64,000 nt of DNA from Escherichia phage Ec_Makalu_003. Both the position numbers and the translations under genes were made by a program. Each line of letters starts with the position of its first letter. Positions within the stretch are counted from its first letter, which is position 1. The stretch lies in the sequence record MN882349.1; one strand, 5' to 3'. This document shows, piece after piece, positions 63,375 to 64,000 of the stretch. The notes under the pieces are model-generated. The model was not told where the DNA came from. It did no database searches and saw only the letters and a list, made by a program, of their open reading frames with translations.

Positions 63375-64000
63375 CCCTTCTTAAGTTCTTTAAGATCTTT
63401 CTTATATTCCTTCATTGCGGTCGTCTTTGTCCAATACTCATATTCACTATGATGTTTATCGGCATCTTTGACCAGTCGATCATACTCTTCTTGGGTAACG
63501 CTGTACAATGGCATAGAAACTAGCTTATCGGCGTATGGACGCAGTTTTTCATGTCCATTGATGGATTGCATTACCTCGGCCTTTTTCTTTCCCTGTAGCT
63601 CGATTTCGCCCTTAATTACGCGATCGATAAATTCTGCTTTAGCCATTGCATAATTGTATGCTTCCAGTGTTTCGGCTTGCATCAATTCAATGCGTTTATC
63701 TACATAGCCTAATCGGATTTCGACGAATCGACGGATCAGATCGCTCGCTTTCTCGAATACTTCAACTAAACCACGTTCGTTAACTACTACGATATTTTGG
63801 GCTACTAACTGCGTTAGTTTAAAATCCTTCATGATTTGCTCATGTCGAGCGGATTCATCTTCGCTTTTGAAATAATCGCGTTTCAGTGTTACTTCAAATC
63901 TGAATCCATCCTTAGAGCAACGGTCATTATACGATACAATCAGATCTTTTTCTTCCAGTGCATCCAGTACCGCTACATATTCTTCACGGTCGAACTTATA
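63371..64000 (-). CDS. 3' part of a larger gene running off the window edge; possibly topoisomerase II subunit gp52
   Basis: Minus-strand frame is open from 64000 straight through the Met at 63832 (...SARHEQIMKDFKL...); coiled-coil-rich C-terminus; T4 has gene 52 beyond t. Confidence 0.4.
   Translation of the reverse strand, partial: YKFDREEYVAVLDALEEKDLIVSYNDRCSKDGFRFEVTLKRDYFKSEDESARHEQIMKDFKLTQLVAQNIVVVNERGLVEVFEKASDLIRRFVEIRLGYVDKRIELMQAETLEAYNYAMAKAEFIDRVIKGEIELQGKKKAEVMQSINGHEKLRPYADKLVSMPLYSVTQEEYDRLVKDADKHHSEYEYWTKTTAMKEYKKDLKELKKG

Noticed and set aside
1-64000. tRNA genes or group I introns in nrdB or nrdA
   Set aside because: No cloverleaf-like conserved tRNA motifs seen by eye, and nrdB and nrdA are uninterrupted full-length ORFs; a tRNAscan or Infernal run would be needed to exclude them formally.

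Overview
This 64 kb window reads as one contiguous segment of a T4-like (Tevenvirinae-type) myovirus genome. All calls rest on reading the six-frame translations against remembered T4 protein sequences and motifs; no database search was run. Gene order is largely syntenic with T4: 3' end of major capsid gene 23, 24, hoc, inh-like, uvsW, uvsY, baseplate hub genes 25-26-51-27-28-29-48-54, alt, a block of small early genes, DNA ligase 30, 31, cd, pseT, rnlA, denA, nrdB, nrdA, td, frd, 32, 59, 33, dsbA, rnh, long tail fibre genes 34-35-36-37, holin t, a second block of small early genes, and a partial gene at the 3' edge. Late genes carry TATAAATA motifs. The small minus-strand genes sit behind about 20 repeated sigma70-like promoter cassettes (TTGACA, 16-17 bp often palindromic spacer, -10, conserved leader, GGAG RBS), which match the promoter-early stem-loop type cassettes described for T4-type phages. 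Differences from the T4 layout that deserve follow-up: a three-gene module of a C5-cytosine-methyltransferase-like protein, a Cys/His-rich HNH-like protein and a DUF262 (GmrSD N-terminal-like) protein; a six-member paralogous family of small proteins sharing Y-x-D / H-x-H-W / A-x-D-V motifs, associated with a duplicated small gene; a set of ADP-ribose-related genes (Alt plus a second Alt-like ADP-ribosyltransferase, a NADAR-domain protein beside ligase, a SLOG/DprA-like protein where T4 has rnlB, a DUF4326-like protein); a CYTH-domain protein between dsbA and rnh; thymidylate synthase with a roughly 128-residue in-frame insertion; gp37 ending in an SDARLK-type self-cleaving intramolecular chaperone domain with no gp38; and a roughly 60 nt element present three times, once inverted 50 kb away. 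No tRNA, CRISPR array, MotA, AsiA or gp38 homolog was recognised. Small-ORF coordinates and regulatory-site coordinates were hand-derived and may be off by a few bases.
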